Positions 1 to 12,019 of a stretch of 64,000 bases of DNA are shown in pieces. Numbering within the stretch: position 1 is the stretch's first letter; every line of letters starts with the position of its first letter. Origin of the DNA: Felis catus (taxonomy: Eukaryota); the NCBI RefSeq assembly GCF_018350175.1, contig NC_058368.1, forward strand, positions 238,268,001 through 238,332,000, read 5' to 3'. Below the pieces are notes generated by a model, which was not told the origin of the DNA, ran no database searches, and worked only from the letters and a program-made list of their open reading frames with translations. The translations under genes were made by a program, and so were the position numbers.

Positions 1-339
1 TGCCATGGAGAGGACACCCCATCGCCTTGGCTCTCTGTCCCCTGAGGGCCCCCCCAGGAGGGCCCCAGCAGTGGCCTGAGCTTCCCAAGTCCAGGGACAT
101 GGTCAACACCGCTGGGGTGGCTCCCTCTGTGCCGGGCCCCAGGTCCTACCCGTCCTTGCTATCGCCTCTGAGGAGCACCACCCTGGGGGCCTGGGCCCGA
201 AGGTCGGTCCGTGAGCTCTCCTTACAAGGGGTGGACAGTCCTCCCGCTGCCCTCTGCTCGGACCTCAACAGACTCCAGAACCAAAGGGAGATGTTGCCAT
301 TCAGCACATTCCACGAAACGGGGCACGGACCCACCATGA

Positions 340-1140
340 CACAACAGTGAAGGTCACAAGCACGCAAAAGGCATCGCACACCCTTAACGGAAAACAAGGT
401 CCAAGAAAAACGGGCAGAAGGCACGGATCGGGAGTGTCCGAGAATCGGCACTGAAGCATGACCGAAGTCACTCCTGGTCAAGGAAGTGAGAATGACGAAA
501 AGATGAAGCACGCATCTGCCCATCAGAGCTGCAGACCTTAGGAAGAGAACGCTCTCTGGTGAGGAGCACGGATTCCGGAGGCCGTGGGCGGTGGCACGTG
601 TGCAGAGACCAAGCGAGCCACTTTTACGCAGAAGACACGTATCCTCCCTGACCCCGTGTTACGGCATCCTTAGTGAGATGCTTGCACAGAAAGAGGAATC
701 CATAGGGCTGTTCCCAGAGCAGCGTCTGACACGGCGAAGAGCCGGAACAAGTTTGGCATCCTGCGGGGTACGTGGTCAGGTACAGGCAGCCACGAGGCCA
801 CGGGAAGACAAACGACTGGGCCCTGAGCCACCGACACAAGCTGAGGCGTTATGTCTGAATATTAAATCTGGAAGAAAGCTCTACGACAGTGCATAAAGCA
901 TGTTTTCGTTTACATGAACGTTAAACTCCTACAAACCTGGCCACATGTTTTCCCAAGTAAACGTACTTAGTAACCGTGTAATAAAAATTCTGGAGAAACA
1001 CACACCAAAGCAGAAATTATGGGAGAATGGGACGGGGTGGGGAGGGGACGGGTGGCCCACTGTTTTGGTGTAGGTTTTGCGTTTTGAGGAGTCAGGATCA
1101 TGTCTCGCTTTTATAACCGATCCCTACGAGAATCTAAAAC
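340..1140 (+). mobile_element. Highly decayed ancient L1 (L1ME-like) ORF2 end and 3' UTR
   Basis: Collinear remnants of L1 ORF2 3' motifs (aaaaacgggcagaagg, ggaagtgagaatgacgaaaagatgaag, cccatcaga) followed by an A-rich 3' UTR-like tract; heavily GC-shifted. Confidence 0.55.
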
Positions 1141-1484
1141 TGCTCCCAGAAGAGAGTTTGAGCCTCACGGAGACCCTGACGGGGAATCACCCCGAGCACC
1201 TGCCAGCCCGCACCTCCTCTCCAGCCTGTGGATGCCGCTGCTTCCCCGGGGGGCTCCGTGGGTGGAGGGGGGACCCCCAGTCTGAGCTGGTTTCCAGGCT
1301 TCCAGGCCTTCCACCCTGCCTGAACCTGCACGCGCCCTCTGCTCCCGCCCTGCAGGACGGCCTCCTGTTTGTGATCACTGTGCGAGGCAGCTCCCCACCC
1401 TTCTCGCGGCCCCTCTCCCGGGGGGCCGCAGGGCCCACGAAATACTGTCACCCACGTGCAGGCACTGCTGCTTTAGTACTGAGT

Positions 1485-2150
1485 TCTGAATGACGTACAG
1501 TGGCTTAGTGTTACGTGCACAACGTGATGGCTCGTTTGTACATTTTGGAAGTGTTGGCGATCGGCGTCCGGCACCACACGTACCCGGAGACCTGGTGTGT
1601 GTGTGGCGAGAACTCCTACGACCTACTTCTCAGCAACTTTCAAGGGTGAAATACGGCGTCGTTAACTGTGGTCGCCGTGCATACGTTAATACCCAGGACC
1701 CGCCTCCTGTAAACCGGAAGTTGGCGGTGCTAGACGCCCCCTCGCCCACTTCACCGCCCCCGCCCCCGCCTCGGGCCCCCCAGTCCCGCTCCGGGTTTTG
1801 TTCTCTACACTCCACGCCTAAGAGGGGATCGGTATTTGTCTCTCCCCGACTCACGGATCTCACAGAGCACACTGCCTGCCCTCTGGCTCCATCCATGTCG
1901 TGGCAAGTGACAAGATGTCCTTCTCTTTCGTGGCTGAGTAGTCTTCCCCGGGGTAGACACCCCATCTTTGCGCATTTGTGGCTCCCTCCCTTGGGCCGCC
2001 TCCGTGCCCTGGCTATGTGAGCGTGGGGTGCAGAGACCTTTCCGAGCGAGTGTTCTCATTTTCTCTGGGTAAACACCCAGCAGTGGGATTGAGGCATCAT
2101 AGGGTCGCCCTGTGTAATTTTTTGAGTAGCCCCCGTATGTTTTCCTACAG
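1485..2150 (-). mobile_element. L1 3' end (L1MA9/L1MA10-like), antisense
   Basis: Resembles the L1MA 3' UTR reverse complement: cagcaactttcaag...gttaactgtggtcgccgtgc, then tatttgtctctcccc, ttctctgggtaaacacccagcagtgggattg. Confidence 0.8.
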
Positions 2151-2279
2151 CATGTTCCTTTCATCTTACGGCGTGAGCGGAGACGACGGGCGCGTTCTCC
2201 TTCCGTTTCTTTATCCCTTTGGTGCGTGTGAGCTTCAGGTCATCGGTTTCCCCAAAGGAGGATCTCTTGCTCTTCTTAG

Positions 2280-2470
2280 CCAGACGTGGGCAGGCCCTGC
2301 CACTCCCTGCTCCTGTCAATAAAGTTTTATTGGAACACACCCATGTTCCTTCATTCATGCGGATACTGGGGATCCTCTCACGCTGCATGGGCAGCCCTGA
2401 GCAATTGTGTCAGAGGACCTGAAACGTTTGCTCTTTGACCCTTTACAGAAAACATCTGCCAACCCTGTTC
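2280..2470 (+). mobile_element. MER58A-like hAT-Charlie MITE
   Basis: Diagnostic aataaagttttattggaacac core and 3' end ccctttacagaaaacatctgccaaccctg. Confidence 0.85.
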
Positions 2471-2627
2471 TAGAACACTCTGCAGCAAGCACAGCCTCTG
2501 GCCCCGGGAGCCCACGTTGTATGTGAGTGTACCTGATGGTCAGTTCAGTAAGCAGTGCAGAGAGGATCTCAGGGGCCTGGGGGTTTCATTTCAGCTCTAA
2601 AGACCCTAAACAACATTTACTCATTTT

Positions 2628-2835
2628 CTTCACTTTATTTATTTATTTTTAGCGGGAGAGAGAGCTAGCGGAGGAGGGGCAGAGGGAGAGAGAAAGAGAG
2701 AGAGAGAGAGAATCCCAAGCAGGGCCGAACCGTCAGCACAGCGCCTGACGCGGGGCTGGAACTCACAAACCATGAAATCATGACCTGAGCTGACATCAAG
2801 TCGATGCTTAACCAACTGAGCCACCCAGGGACCCC
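2628..2835 (-). mobile_element. CAN-SINE (carnivore tRNA-derived SINE)
   Basis: Reverse complement of ggggtccctgggtggctcagttggttaagc head, (CT)n body and A-rich tail. Confidence 0.95.
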
Positions 2836-3459
2836 AAAACTTGGTCATTTTAAAAAGTCACCCGGTGTAAATAAATAAAAAGATTTAAAGAAACCGTCAT
2901 GACCTTCCCGCCTTCCCTGTAGCGCTTGCTGTTCTAAACCCGACTGAACGCATGTACTTTTCATTCATATCACCCCAGGCGTGCTGTTCGGGGACACCCC
3001 GCGGACCGTCTACACACGTCCTCCAATCTCACCCGACCCTCCCTTCCTGTGTGCACACTGGTGTGGGTTTCTGTTGCTGTTGCAGAGTTTAGATCTTGAA
3101 ATCACGTGCTTTCCCTAAACTTAAAATTTAAAGCCTTTAAGAGCTCACAGACCCAGTTTTCTCATGGCGGTAAAAGACTATTCTTTGGGAAGCGCGTGAA
3201 GGACACAGCGGTCTTGTGTTTACAAAAACGTCCCTTGTCGCACAGAGAGCCTGCCCGCGGTCTTGCTGTCCTTCTGAGTGGCCAGGTGGGCTGCAGGCCA
3301 GTAGTGTTTTCTTACCGCGCGTTACGCGCCAGTCAGGTTGGGGAAGGGCTACATACGATGCAGATGTAAGAGGGACGTGAGTTCACGTGTCCCCTTGATT
3401 GTACCTCCAGTGCTCTCTACTGGACGTCAAGGGGGCCCGGGGAAGGCGGTGGTGGGCTG

Positions 3460-3645
3460 ATGCCTGTGGCCACCGTGACAAGTTACCAACTCGGTGGCTC
3501 AAGGCAACAAAAATTTATTCTCCCACCTTAATCCGGGTGACTTCACCTCAAGATCCTTAGCTTAATTACATCTGCAGGGACCCTATTTCAAATAAGGTCA
3601 CACCCTGAGCTTTCGGGTAGCAAGGACACTAATTTCATCCACTAC
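3460..3645 (-). mobile_element. MLT1 (MaLR) solo LTR, internally deleted
   Basis: ggtggctcaaggcaacaaaaatttattctc joined directly to ttaattacatctgcagggaccctatttcaaataaggtcacac. Confidence 0.8.
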
Positions 3646-5241
3646 GAGCGACACAGAATATTTTTGAAAATAATTTTAATTCGTTGCCAATAGATAATGT
3701 ATCTGCACTGTTCAAAATGCAAAAGACTCCTGAAGATGTGGTGGTCAGTGCTTGCCTTGAACTCCAGCCCCAGGCCTGTCCCCGGAAGGCAGCGGGATCA
3801 TCAGTTAGGTCCTGTGAACGCCCAAGCAGATCCCTGGGATTCCTGCCCCCTTCCCGCTTCGCACGCCCATCCCAGACCTGGGGACGCGTCCGTACGGGGT
3901 GCTGGCAGGCACCCAGGGCCAGCCCCCTCCCCCTGGCGCCTCTGCCCTTGGCTTCCTCGACAACATGGAATGGGATCACGGAAGCCTCGTTTCTGATGCG
4001 GGGCCTTTTTCTGCACCTATAGGAGTTTTTATTTCCCCTTTCCTTTTTTAACGAGTTAAGCATTTTGGCCATTTGAGCATTTGTAATGAGGCTTGTGATT
4101 CCCGACTAGAGGTCAGTCATTTTCCTCCCTCCGAACTTACCGTTTTTCTTTCCTAAAAGCGTGGGGGAAGGGAGAAACGTACAGAACAAAGAGGGCTGCT
4201 GTGCGTTGCGTGAGAAATTGACTTTGGCTGTGTCAATACTCAGAAACAGAGCTGTCAGGAAGCGTCCCTGGTGGCCCAGGGGTCCAGCCGAGCCGCCCCC
4301 ACGCGCGGGCTTCAGACAGATTTCCGCCTCTGGCCGCACCGTGAAGGATTCGTCGTCTTTTCCTCAGAAAGGGATGCGTGTTTCTTCTTACCCAGTGAGG
4401 CCGTTATACTAAACACAACATGAGTCACTGCAGAAACCCCGGCGGTTCGTCGGCTGCCCCGGGACGTCCAGGCTGTGGCTCTGTCCTGAGATTTCCGTCT
4501 GACGGTACAATTGCTCCCTCGGTGATCGACAGCAGGGACTCACCTACTGGAGCACGAAGCCGTAGGTTTTGGGGTTTTTTTTTACTTGCCACTTTTATCA
4601 GTTTAATTACCTAATGTGTTGTTTGAGGTAGAATAACGGGTGGAGACTTTTCTGGTTGGTGAATCAAATGCGATTCTTCGTGTGTTTATCCGCTCACCCA
4701 AATACTCGCTAAGCTTTTATTTTGCCTCACGTACGCGGCTAAACACATGGTGTGTATGTGGATTCGTGCCCAAGACAGTCCTGCCTGACCACCCAAAGAT
4801 GTGCAGTCAGCTATACGTCTGTCCACCGCAGGAGACGAGGCTGGAAGTGGCAGCGGCTTAAACAAAATATGCAACGTACTGCCTCGTGCTGGAGGAAGGC
4901 AGGCGAAGGCATCTCTGAGCTGCTGTCCGTGTCCCGTCTCTTTCCATCCTCTCCCTCACCGACCACCCTCCGGGCTCGGCTGCCATGCCCACAGTCACCT
5001 CAGGGCACAATATGGTGGCTGGGGCCCCCGCTATTACATCCCACGTAGCAAGCAGACGGGCAGGGAGGGGCTGGGGGACGAACCAGACACTCGGCCCTGG
5101 TCACATCCCTCCCATCCTTTTAATAAGCAGCTCTCTCTGACTCATCCAACAATTGGCTAACTGGCCAGAAGCTACCCCGGGCTTCAGAGGAGGAAAAGCA
5201 CCATCTTTCGAGGTGGGTGAGGCTGGGGAGGGTCTGCTGCT

Positions 5242-5277
5242 GGGGGGGGGGGGGGCGGGGGGGAGGCGGGGGGAGGG
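5242..5277 (+). repeat. Poly-G/G-run tract (G-quadruplex potential)
   Basis: G14 followed by further G runs. Confidence 0.8.
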
Positions 5278-6315
5278 AATTGGTGCCCAGCCCGTAGTGG
5301 CTCACGGTGCTCGCGTCCGTGTCCAGGACCGTGGGCCGCGGCCCCCTCTGTGCGAGGGAACGAAGGGCTTCACATCCAGAACTCCCAGTAAACCTGCTTA
5401 TTACGACCGCACACGCTAGGATTCCAGCAGTCGGGCGGGTTTGACGTCCTCGACGTTTTTATTGGAAGGGCCCCGCACGGCTTCTCGGTTCGCGGCATCT
5501 CAGTCTGGTCTGACCCCGGACTGCCAGCGTTCCGCATTGCGGGTTTTGCTGCTGGCTTGGTTCGGGACTTAGTGCCGTTACTGACGGAGTTCGGGGATAT
5601 TATTCTGGATCCTCCAAAGCAGGCTTTTCCTCTTTCTCTTTTTCTCTTTCCACATTTGAGCTCCGGTTCGACTCTGCGGAGAAACCAAATCAGCCTCGCT
5701 GTCGCTGCCAGAAGCCGGTGGCGGGGCAGCCTGGAGGCGTCTCACAAGCGAGGAAAGACGGGGAGACCGCACACAGCCGGCTTCTGCCCTGTCTCGGCTG
5801 CAGGAGATACCGGGCCGGGGCTCAGGGTCCCGGGAGGCCGATCTGTTCTCCCCTGTCCCTGCCTCCCTCCCCTCCCCAAGCCTAAACTTGGCTTCTGGGC
5901 TCTCCTCCATACCTTCCCCGGCCTCCTCCACCCTCTGAATGGCCATTTGCTCAGACGACACCCTGGCGAGTTCACCTGTGAGCCGGGACAGCACCGGCCA
6001 CCCCAGGGAGCGGTCGTGCACCCGCGTGTGAGTCCCAGCCATCTGCCACCCCTCCCCCTGCCCCCTCCGTCCCCTCGCACTGAGTGGCTCCTCCACCGGC
6101 AGGACCAACACCTTTACTGCATTTCCTGGGAATTGGGCTCCTGACAGCAGGGTCTGGAAGAGGCAAACGTAGGAGCCACGGTTCACGTGTCCAGCCAGGC
6201 GACCAGCCCAGGTGTGAGGACGGGAAGGGCGGTCTGTGGAGAGCGGGGAGCAGGGCAGGCGCAGAGAGGCGCGGGCGAGGCTGGCGGGGCCCACACTCCA
6301 TGCCACACCCGCTCA

Positions 6316-6419
6316 CGTTCGTATCGTATCCGCGGGCTCCGCGCCCGGCGTGGGGCTTGAATCCACGCCCTGCAGGTCCAGAGTCACTCGCTCCGCCGAC
6401 CGAGCCAGCCGGGCACCCC
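6316..6419 (-). mobile_element. Short-type CAN-SINE (SINEC2-like), strongly GC-shifted
   Basis: Minus strand reads ggggtgcccggctggctcggtcggcggagcgagtgactctggacctgcagggcgtggattcaagccccacgccgggcgcggagcc, collinear with the short CAN-SINEs at 55183 and 59261. Confidence 0.8.
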
Positions 6420-7884
6420 TGCAGACCTTCTTGACCTTCTTGCTGGGATAACGTGGGAGACTCAGGAGTGGCCATGGTGGAGGGAGCAGGAGGGCCCTCT
6501 TGCCCACCGTGTCCTGCTGGGCTACGGGCCGCGAACGGGGCAGGGGGCTCTCGGGGGTGTCGGGTGGGCTGCTGGCTCTCGAGGTCGTTGTCGGGGGCGG
6601 CGCTCAGTGGGCTCCAGCTTCTGGCCGCCGGGCCATCGTGGACGCTGACCCAACCGTGATCCGGACACCGAGCACACGCCTCCAGTCTGCCCGTTGCCTG
6701 GGAGTCAGACCCGAGGCCAGCGGAGACATGACGGCCTCGGTGGGGGGAGAGGGGCCTCCGTGAGGCGCCCGTGTGGGGGCGCGGGCCAGCGGGGCTGCCC
6801 TCAGTACCCGCGCTCGTGCGTGTCTGCGAGCTGTGGCTGTGGGCGTGCCGAACTCCCTTCTGCGCTGCTGGATCACCCCCAGGTGCCGGTCGTTGTCAAG
6901 GCCGCGGCGGGGCCGGCCAAGGCGGCCACTCCTGGTCCACAACTTCACGAGGCTCCAGACGGCAGCGCGAGACGAAGCCCAGCGTCTCAGCCCAGGCGCC
7001 AGAGAGATTCCGGAGAAGAAAGCGTCAGGCCCTCAGAGCGGTGGGGCGGCCTAGTGGTGCGGCTCAGGGACGTCTGTCCTGCCCATTCCTGACGTGGCCC
7101 CCCACGGGGGCAGGCGCGCAGGGGAAGGTACGGACAGCAGGACGCAGCCGGCGCCCAGTGCCCACAGAGAGAGCCCAGGGTGACGCATCGGGAGGTGGCA
7201 AGGGCGGGGCCGTGGCCCGATGTGATCAGTGCCCTCGCCTGGAGAGACCCCCACAAACCCACCCACCCCCCGGGGTGAGGACAGGAGCAGGTGCGTCTGC
7301 AAGCCCAGAAGGGGACCCAGAGGGGACCCAGGGACGTCCAGCCTCCGGACCTCAGAGAAAGACGTGTGGTGCGGTCACGGCGGCCGAGCTAAGAAGCAGA
7401 GACGGGTTACCCAGGGTCGTGGGAGTGAACACAGAGCGTCCCTGGGGTGCTGGCCGTGGGGGCCACCATCCCTGCGCACTGGCCAGCCCCTGGGGCTCAG
7501 CGAGCGAGTGCGTCCAGGCCAGCCCTACCGGGCCGAGCCTGCCGACTCTCCCCCCACCGGCCCCCGAGCGAACCCGCCCTGGCCTTGTCCTCACACGGGG
7601 TTTCAGGAAAGACGCGCTTTAAGGTTTGTTACCAAATTCACACGGATTTTGAGGCAAAACTTCTCCTCCTTTTCCTTCTAATGCAACAACAGAGTGAATT
7701 TGGAGATGCTTATCCAGAGCGGTGGAAGCAGGCAGTGTGGTCGGCGGGGCAGGTGAAAGGGAGTGGCTCTGCACTCCCGGAGACTGATGGATGTTCCGTT
7801 TCTTCCCCATTTAAGGGCGTCCCTGCCGCGAGTCCGCTGTGCGCGTGTGCAGACGGGATTTAGCCAGACTCCCCAATCTCACTC

Positions 7885-8125
7885 TCTTTTTTAATAAACC
7901 AGCGTAAAGTAGAATTTATTTACATAATGCAATGATCCATGAAGGTTACCATAACACCGAGGACCACATTAACCGCTTGAGTGGAATTCATTAGAAATTA
8001 ACTACCACTTAAATTAATTTTCCCACAGTCACAAGGCTGTAATGGCGGGAGAAGGGACCGTCCATCAGTGGTGCTGACAGGGGACCTGTCAGCACCGTTA
8101 TTTATAGGTGAGTGCGTTAACCCGC
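7885..8125. promoter_or_regulatory. AT-rich island, candidate conserved enhancer
   Basis: Non-repetitive AT-rich tract in GC-rich surroundings, with TAAT/ATTA cores and an inverted TGACAG pair at 8070-8096. Confidence 0.45.
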
Positions 8126-8487
8126 GGAGCAGGTGCACGGAGCCAAACTTGGAGCCTCCAGACTCATAAAAGGCTGCTTCACGGGCCCAAATTCCCCTTA
8201 TGAACAAGTCCCCCGGCCTCGCTCGTGCACCTGTCCACATGGGACAAGGGGCAGCACCAGGGACTCTGGTCACTACCAACTACAGCAGAGGGGCGACTGC
8301 TTTAGAGGCATCATTCTAGAACACGTGTTCGTACCAGCAGAGCTGGCCAGAGCCATGGCCTTTCCAGGGAGCACTGGGGGCGCCGGGCACAGAGCTCACA
8401 ATCGTCTGCAGGGACCTGGGGGACACGGTCACCCCCAGGGGCAGGGACTGGGCTTGCAGGGACCTGCTGGGTCTCCTTTAGGACAGA

Positions 8488-8630
8488 GCACGTGTGCGTG
8501 CACGTGTGTGCACACACGCGTTGTGGTGCGGTGTGCATGCGTGCACACACGTGTGGCATAGTATGTGCACACGCGTTGTGGTGTGGCGTGCACACACGTG
8601 TGGCATGGTGCACGCGTGTGGGTTGCACAC
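8488..8630. repeat. Degenerate (TG/CA/CG) microsatellite with gtgcacacacg repeats
   Basis: Alternating purine-pyrimidine tract with recurring gtgcacac(ac)g units. Confidence 0.85.
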
Positions 8631-9249
8631 CTGGGGCATTTGCAGGCGCCCATCTGAATTGTGAAACGGAGGGAACCTGCCAACTGGTTTCCCAGTACCC
8701 CGTGGGGTATGCGGGAAACCGGCTCCCGGGGCCCCCACGGGCTCGCCCCCCAGGTCTACTGCCCAGCCCCAGGCCCTCACTGGGATGACTGCGGTGTCCC
8801 CCGTGGGCATGTCCCAAACTGGGATCAGATGCCCCATTTGGAAGGAGTTGAGAGTGGTTGTCCTAGGACTGAGGACGGATAGCTGAGTGGTGGCCAGGCA
8901 CGGCCAGGGGAGCATCAGCACCATGTTCTGAACACTGCCCTCCAGAGCCGGGCCCTGTCACCCTGAAGGTCTGTGCAGCGCGTGCCGTCTGTGCTCAGGG
9001 GGAGGCCTGATGGCGGTCCCCAGATCAGCCCCGGAGTGGTTTCTGGGCCCCCAGCCTGAATCCATTCTTTCCGGGAAACGGGCTACTGACGAAATTCCTT
9101 GTGCCTTCCCAGGGCCGCCCTTCAAAATTTAAACCCAACGTCTCTGGGAAATCCTGAGAAGTTCTGAAATGAGCTTCCGGCCAGTGGAGTATTTGCTCAT
9201 GTGTGCTGTTGTGGGTGCCCACTGTTTGCTGCTTCTGGCTTCTCACTCC

Positions 9250-9550
9250 CTGGCTCCCGACCACCCCCAGCTCCTGGCCCCCGGCTCCCAGTCCCCTGGG
9301 CCAGCCCCCCAACTCCCAGTCCCCCAGCTCCCGGCCCCCTGGCTCCCAGTCCCCCAGCCGGCCCCCCAACTCCCAGCACCCCCCCCCCGGGCTCCCAGTC
9401 CCCCGGCCCAGCCCCCCAAGTCCCAGTCCCCTGGCTCCTCTGCCCCCTGGCTCCCAGCACCCCTGGCTCCCAGCCCCCCAGCCCTGCCCCCCGACTCCCC
9501 TACCGCTCCCCCCCCACCCCCCCCCACCCCACCCCCCACTGGCTCCTGGC
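9250..9550. repeat. C-rich minisatellite (ggctcccagtcccc-like units)
   Basis: Repeated ggctcccag(t/c)ccccc motifs; G-rich on the minus strand. Confidence 0.9.
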
Positions 9551-10207
9551 CCCTTTCCTCCACCGGCGGCCTCTGATTCCTGCGCGGTTATGATTAGCCT
9601 GTACCGTGTGTGCCTCTTAATGCAGGGCTGTTTGCTTCTCCAATTCTGCAAACTGGAAACAGCACATAGCCCGAGGCCACCGGAATAATGCAGGTGTCAC
9701 GCGTTAAAAAACATATTTGCTTTGTGTCCTCTGAGGACAAATGATAGACATGTAAAAATGTTTCCCCCGCTTTTCTTTCAGGGAATACTTAGTTTAGAAT
9801 TAACTTCTGTCAGAGGAAACACCGTTCCCTGCGCAGGCCCGTGTTATTTCGCACCGCGTCTATTTTAGAGGGAAAATGCTGCCTGGTGTTTGACACGTGT
9901 GATTACAAGTTTACAGAACCCACTTGCGTTTCCGCTGCTCCTACTGTTTCTCTTTAGGAAAAGCTACTCATTAGAACCAAACAGAAGATTTCTTTCGGGA
10001 GAAACAAACAGATGCAGGGGACTGGCTACCGCCAGCGGAGCCGGCCGAATTCCTCCGCGGGTCTGGGGGTACGGGCACCGGGGGGCTCGTGGGAGCGGAG
10101 GCAGCACCCTGCCCCGCTCCAAGACCCCAGACGCTGCCCCTGCGGACGAGGGCACGAGAGCTGGACCCTCACTGCCTCCTGGGACAATGCCACAGACGAC
10201 CCCGGCG

Positions 10208-10312
10208 TCACGCACCCACGCGCGCACACGTGCACGCAGACACACGCGCTCACCCACGCACCACGTGCACGCACGTGCACGTGCACGCACCTGTGTCTAT
10301 GTACACACGCAC
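10208..10312. repeat. Degenerate (CA/CG) microsatellite
   Basis: cacgcacccacgcgcgcacacgtgcacgc... tract. Confidence 0.8.
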
Positions 10313-10574
10313 CCTGCCCTCTCCGAGACCAGGGGCTCACGTGGGACTGACGGCCGTGGACAGACAGTCTCTGGCGAGGCTGGACGGCACCACCGCGGGG
10401 CCACCGTGGCCGTGGTCACCCAGCAGCTGCGGAGCTCGGGCCACGGGGCTGCTCAGGGGCGCTCTGCCTTGGCCCAGCCCAGGCTCGGTGGCCCCGGCCC
10501 GGCCAGAAGCTGGGTCTCCTGACGCCCGAGGCGCCCCAGCCGCCCCCCTGACCTCACCCTCTTCACAAGTCCCC

Positions 10575-10932
10575 GTCTGTCCTGACTAGCTCGGCCATAA
10601 GAAATACCACAGATCCAGAGGTTTGAACAACAGACATCCATGTTCCCTCCGTCCTGCGGGCTGCATGGCCGGGATCGAGATTCCGGGGGGATTCTCCAGG
10701 GGCCTCTCCCCACGGCGTGTGGACCGCTGCTTCTCACTGGGCTCCCCCACGGCCGTCCCTCTGTGCCTGTGTCCTGATCTCCTCTTCTTACAAAGACACC
10801 GGTTGGATTGGACGAGGGCCCCCCTCGTGACCCCATCTTCCCTCAGGTACCTCCTGAACGGCCCCTCTCCAACAAGTCACACCAGATTAGGGCCTCGCCT
10901 GTCAATTTCGGGGCCACTCAGCTCAGCCTAAC
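10575..10932 (-). mobile_element. MLT1B-like MaLR solo LTR
   Basis: ccataagaaataccacaga...aacaacagacat...tcctcttcttacaaagacaccggttggattgga...tctccaacaagtcacac. Confidence 0.85.
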
Positions 10933-12019
10933 GTCATCCTTTCCATTCCAGCGAAAGGAGAAGCCCGTCCAGCACAGCCAGGCACGGCGTGTCCACGGGC
11001 TCCGGGCGTCCTGCTTGGCGAGGTCCGTGCTCACAGTGGGCACCATGCCCCCGGTTCTCCCGGAGGGCCCTGGAGGAGACGACTCTGTGCTCGGAGGCTC
11101 CAGGTGAAGGGGGTACGGGTGCCATTTGCCCTCCTCGTCCTGCCCCACCGCGTCCACAAATGGGGCCGGAGGGAGAGGACGCTGGGGAACGGGTGGGGGG
11201 TGGGGGGTGCTCACCCAGGTGCGGCCTCCCCAGGGAAAGGGCAGAGGCGGAGACCCTCCCCAGACGGTCCGGGCGGGTGGGCGCCGGGTGAGCAAAGATG
11301 TGAGAGCCACAGCTACGGGGATTCCGGACCCTCCAGATCCAGTGCCCGAGGCTCCAGACCGGTGAGCTCGGGTCTGCCGGGAAATCCTGGGGGACCTGAC
11401 ACCGGAAAGGCCTGTGGGGCTTCAGGAAACACAGAGGAAATAGCGGCCCGTGAGAAGCGGGGGACGGAGGCAAAGGGCCCAGAGCCTCCCTCCAGGATGT
11501 GACGGGCTGCGGACCAGCCCGTGGACCCCCGCCCTCGTGCCCCCCACGGCCGGTTCCATTCCAGCGACCAGGCGGAGGCCAGGGCCCCCTCCGTGCTAGC
11601 CGGGAGATCAGAGCGTGTGCCTCACAGTTAAAGAGACGCGACACGAGCCAGACGCGCCCCGGCCACAGGCCCAGACACGGCACCAAACATTTCCCATGGA
11701 ACGACACATGCAGACATAGCCGGCTGGCCGCCCGCCCGCCCGCCCTCAGTCTGGTGCCCGTCCTCACCTGGGAGCCCAGAGGGCTGGGCACCGGGCACAG
11801 GAGTTCTCTCCCTGCCCCCGCCCACCCCCCTGCCCCGTGCGCGGACCGCCGTCCTTGCCGGTGGCCGGGGCTCCCTCGGACCTCGTGGTCTGTGACCCGC
11901 CACGCCTGGGGACACGGAGCGCCGCCACACGGTGCGCTCGGGGCCGAGCCACATGCGTCTGGAACTGGCAGCGAGGCGGGGGAGCGGGGTCTCAGGGGCA
12001 CTGGGCGGGGCATCCTTTC

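Noticed and set aside
6773..7054. Short peptide resemblances (LVHN as in RPL32; NDRHLGVIQQ loosely like a thiamine-enzyme motif)
   Set aside because: The similarity does not extend beyond a few residues.
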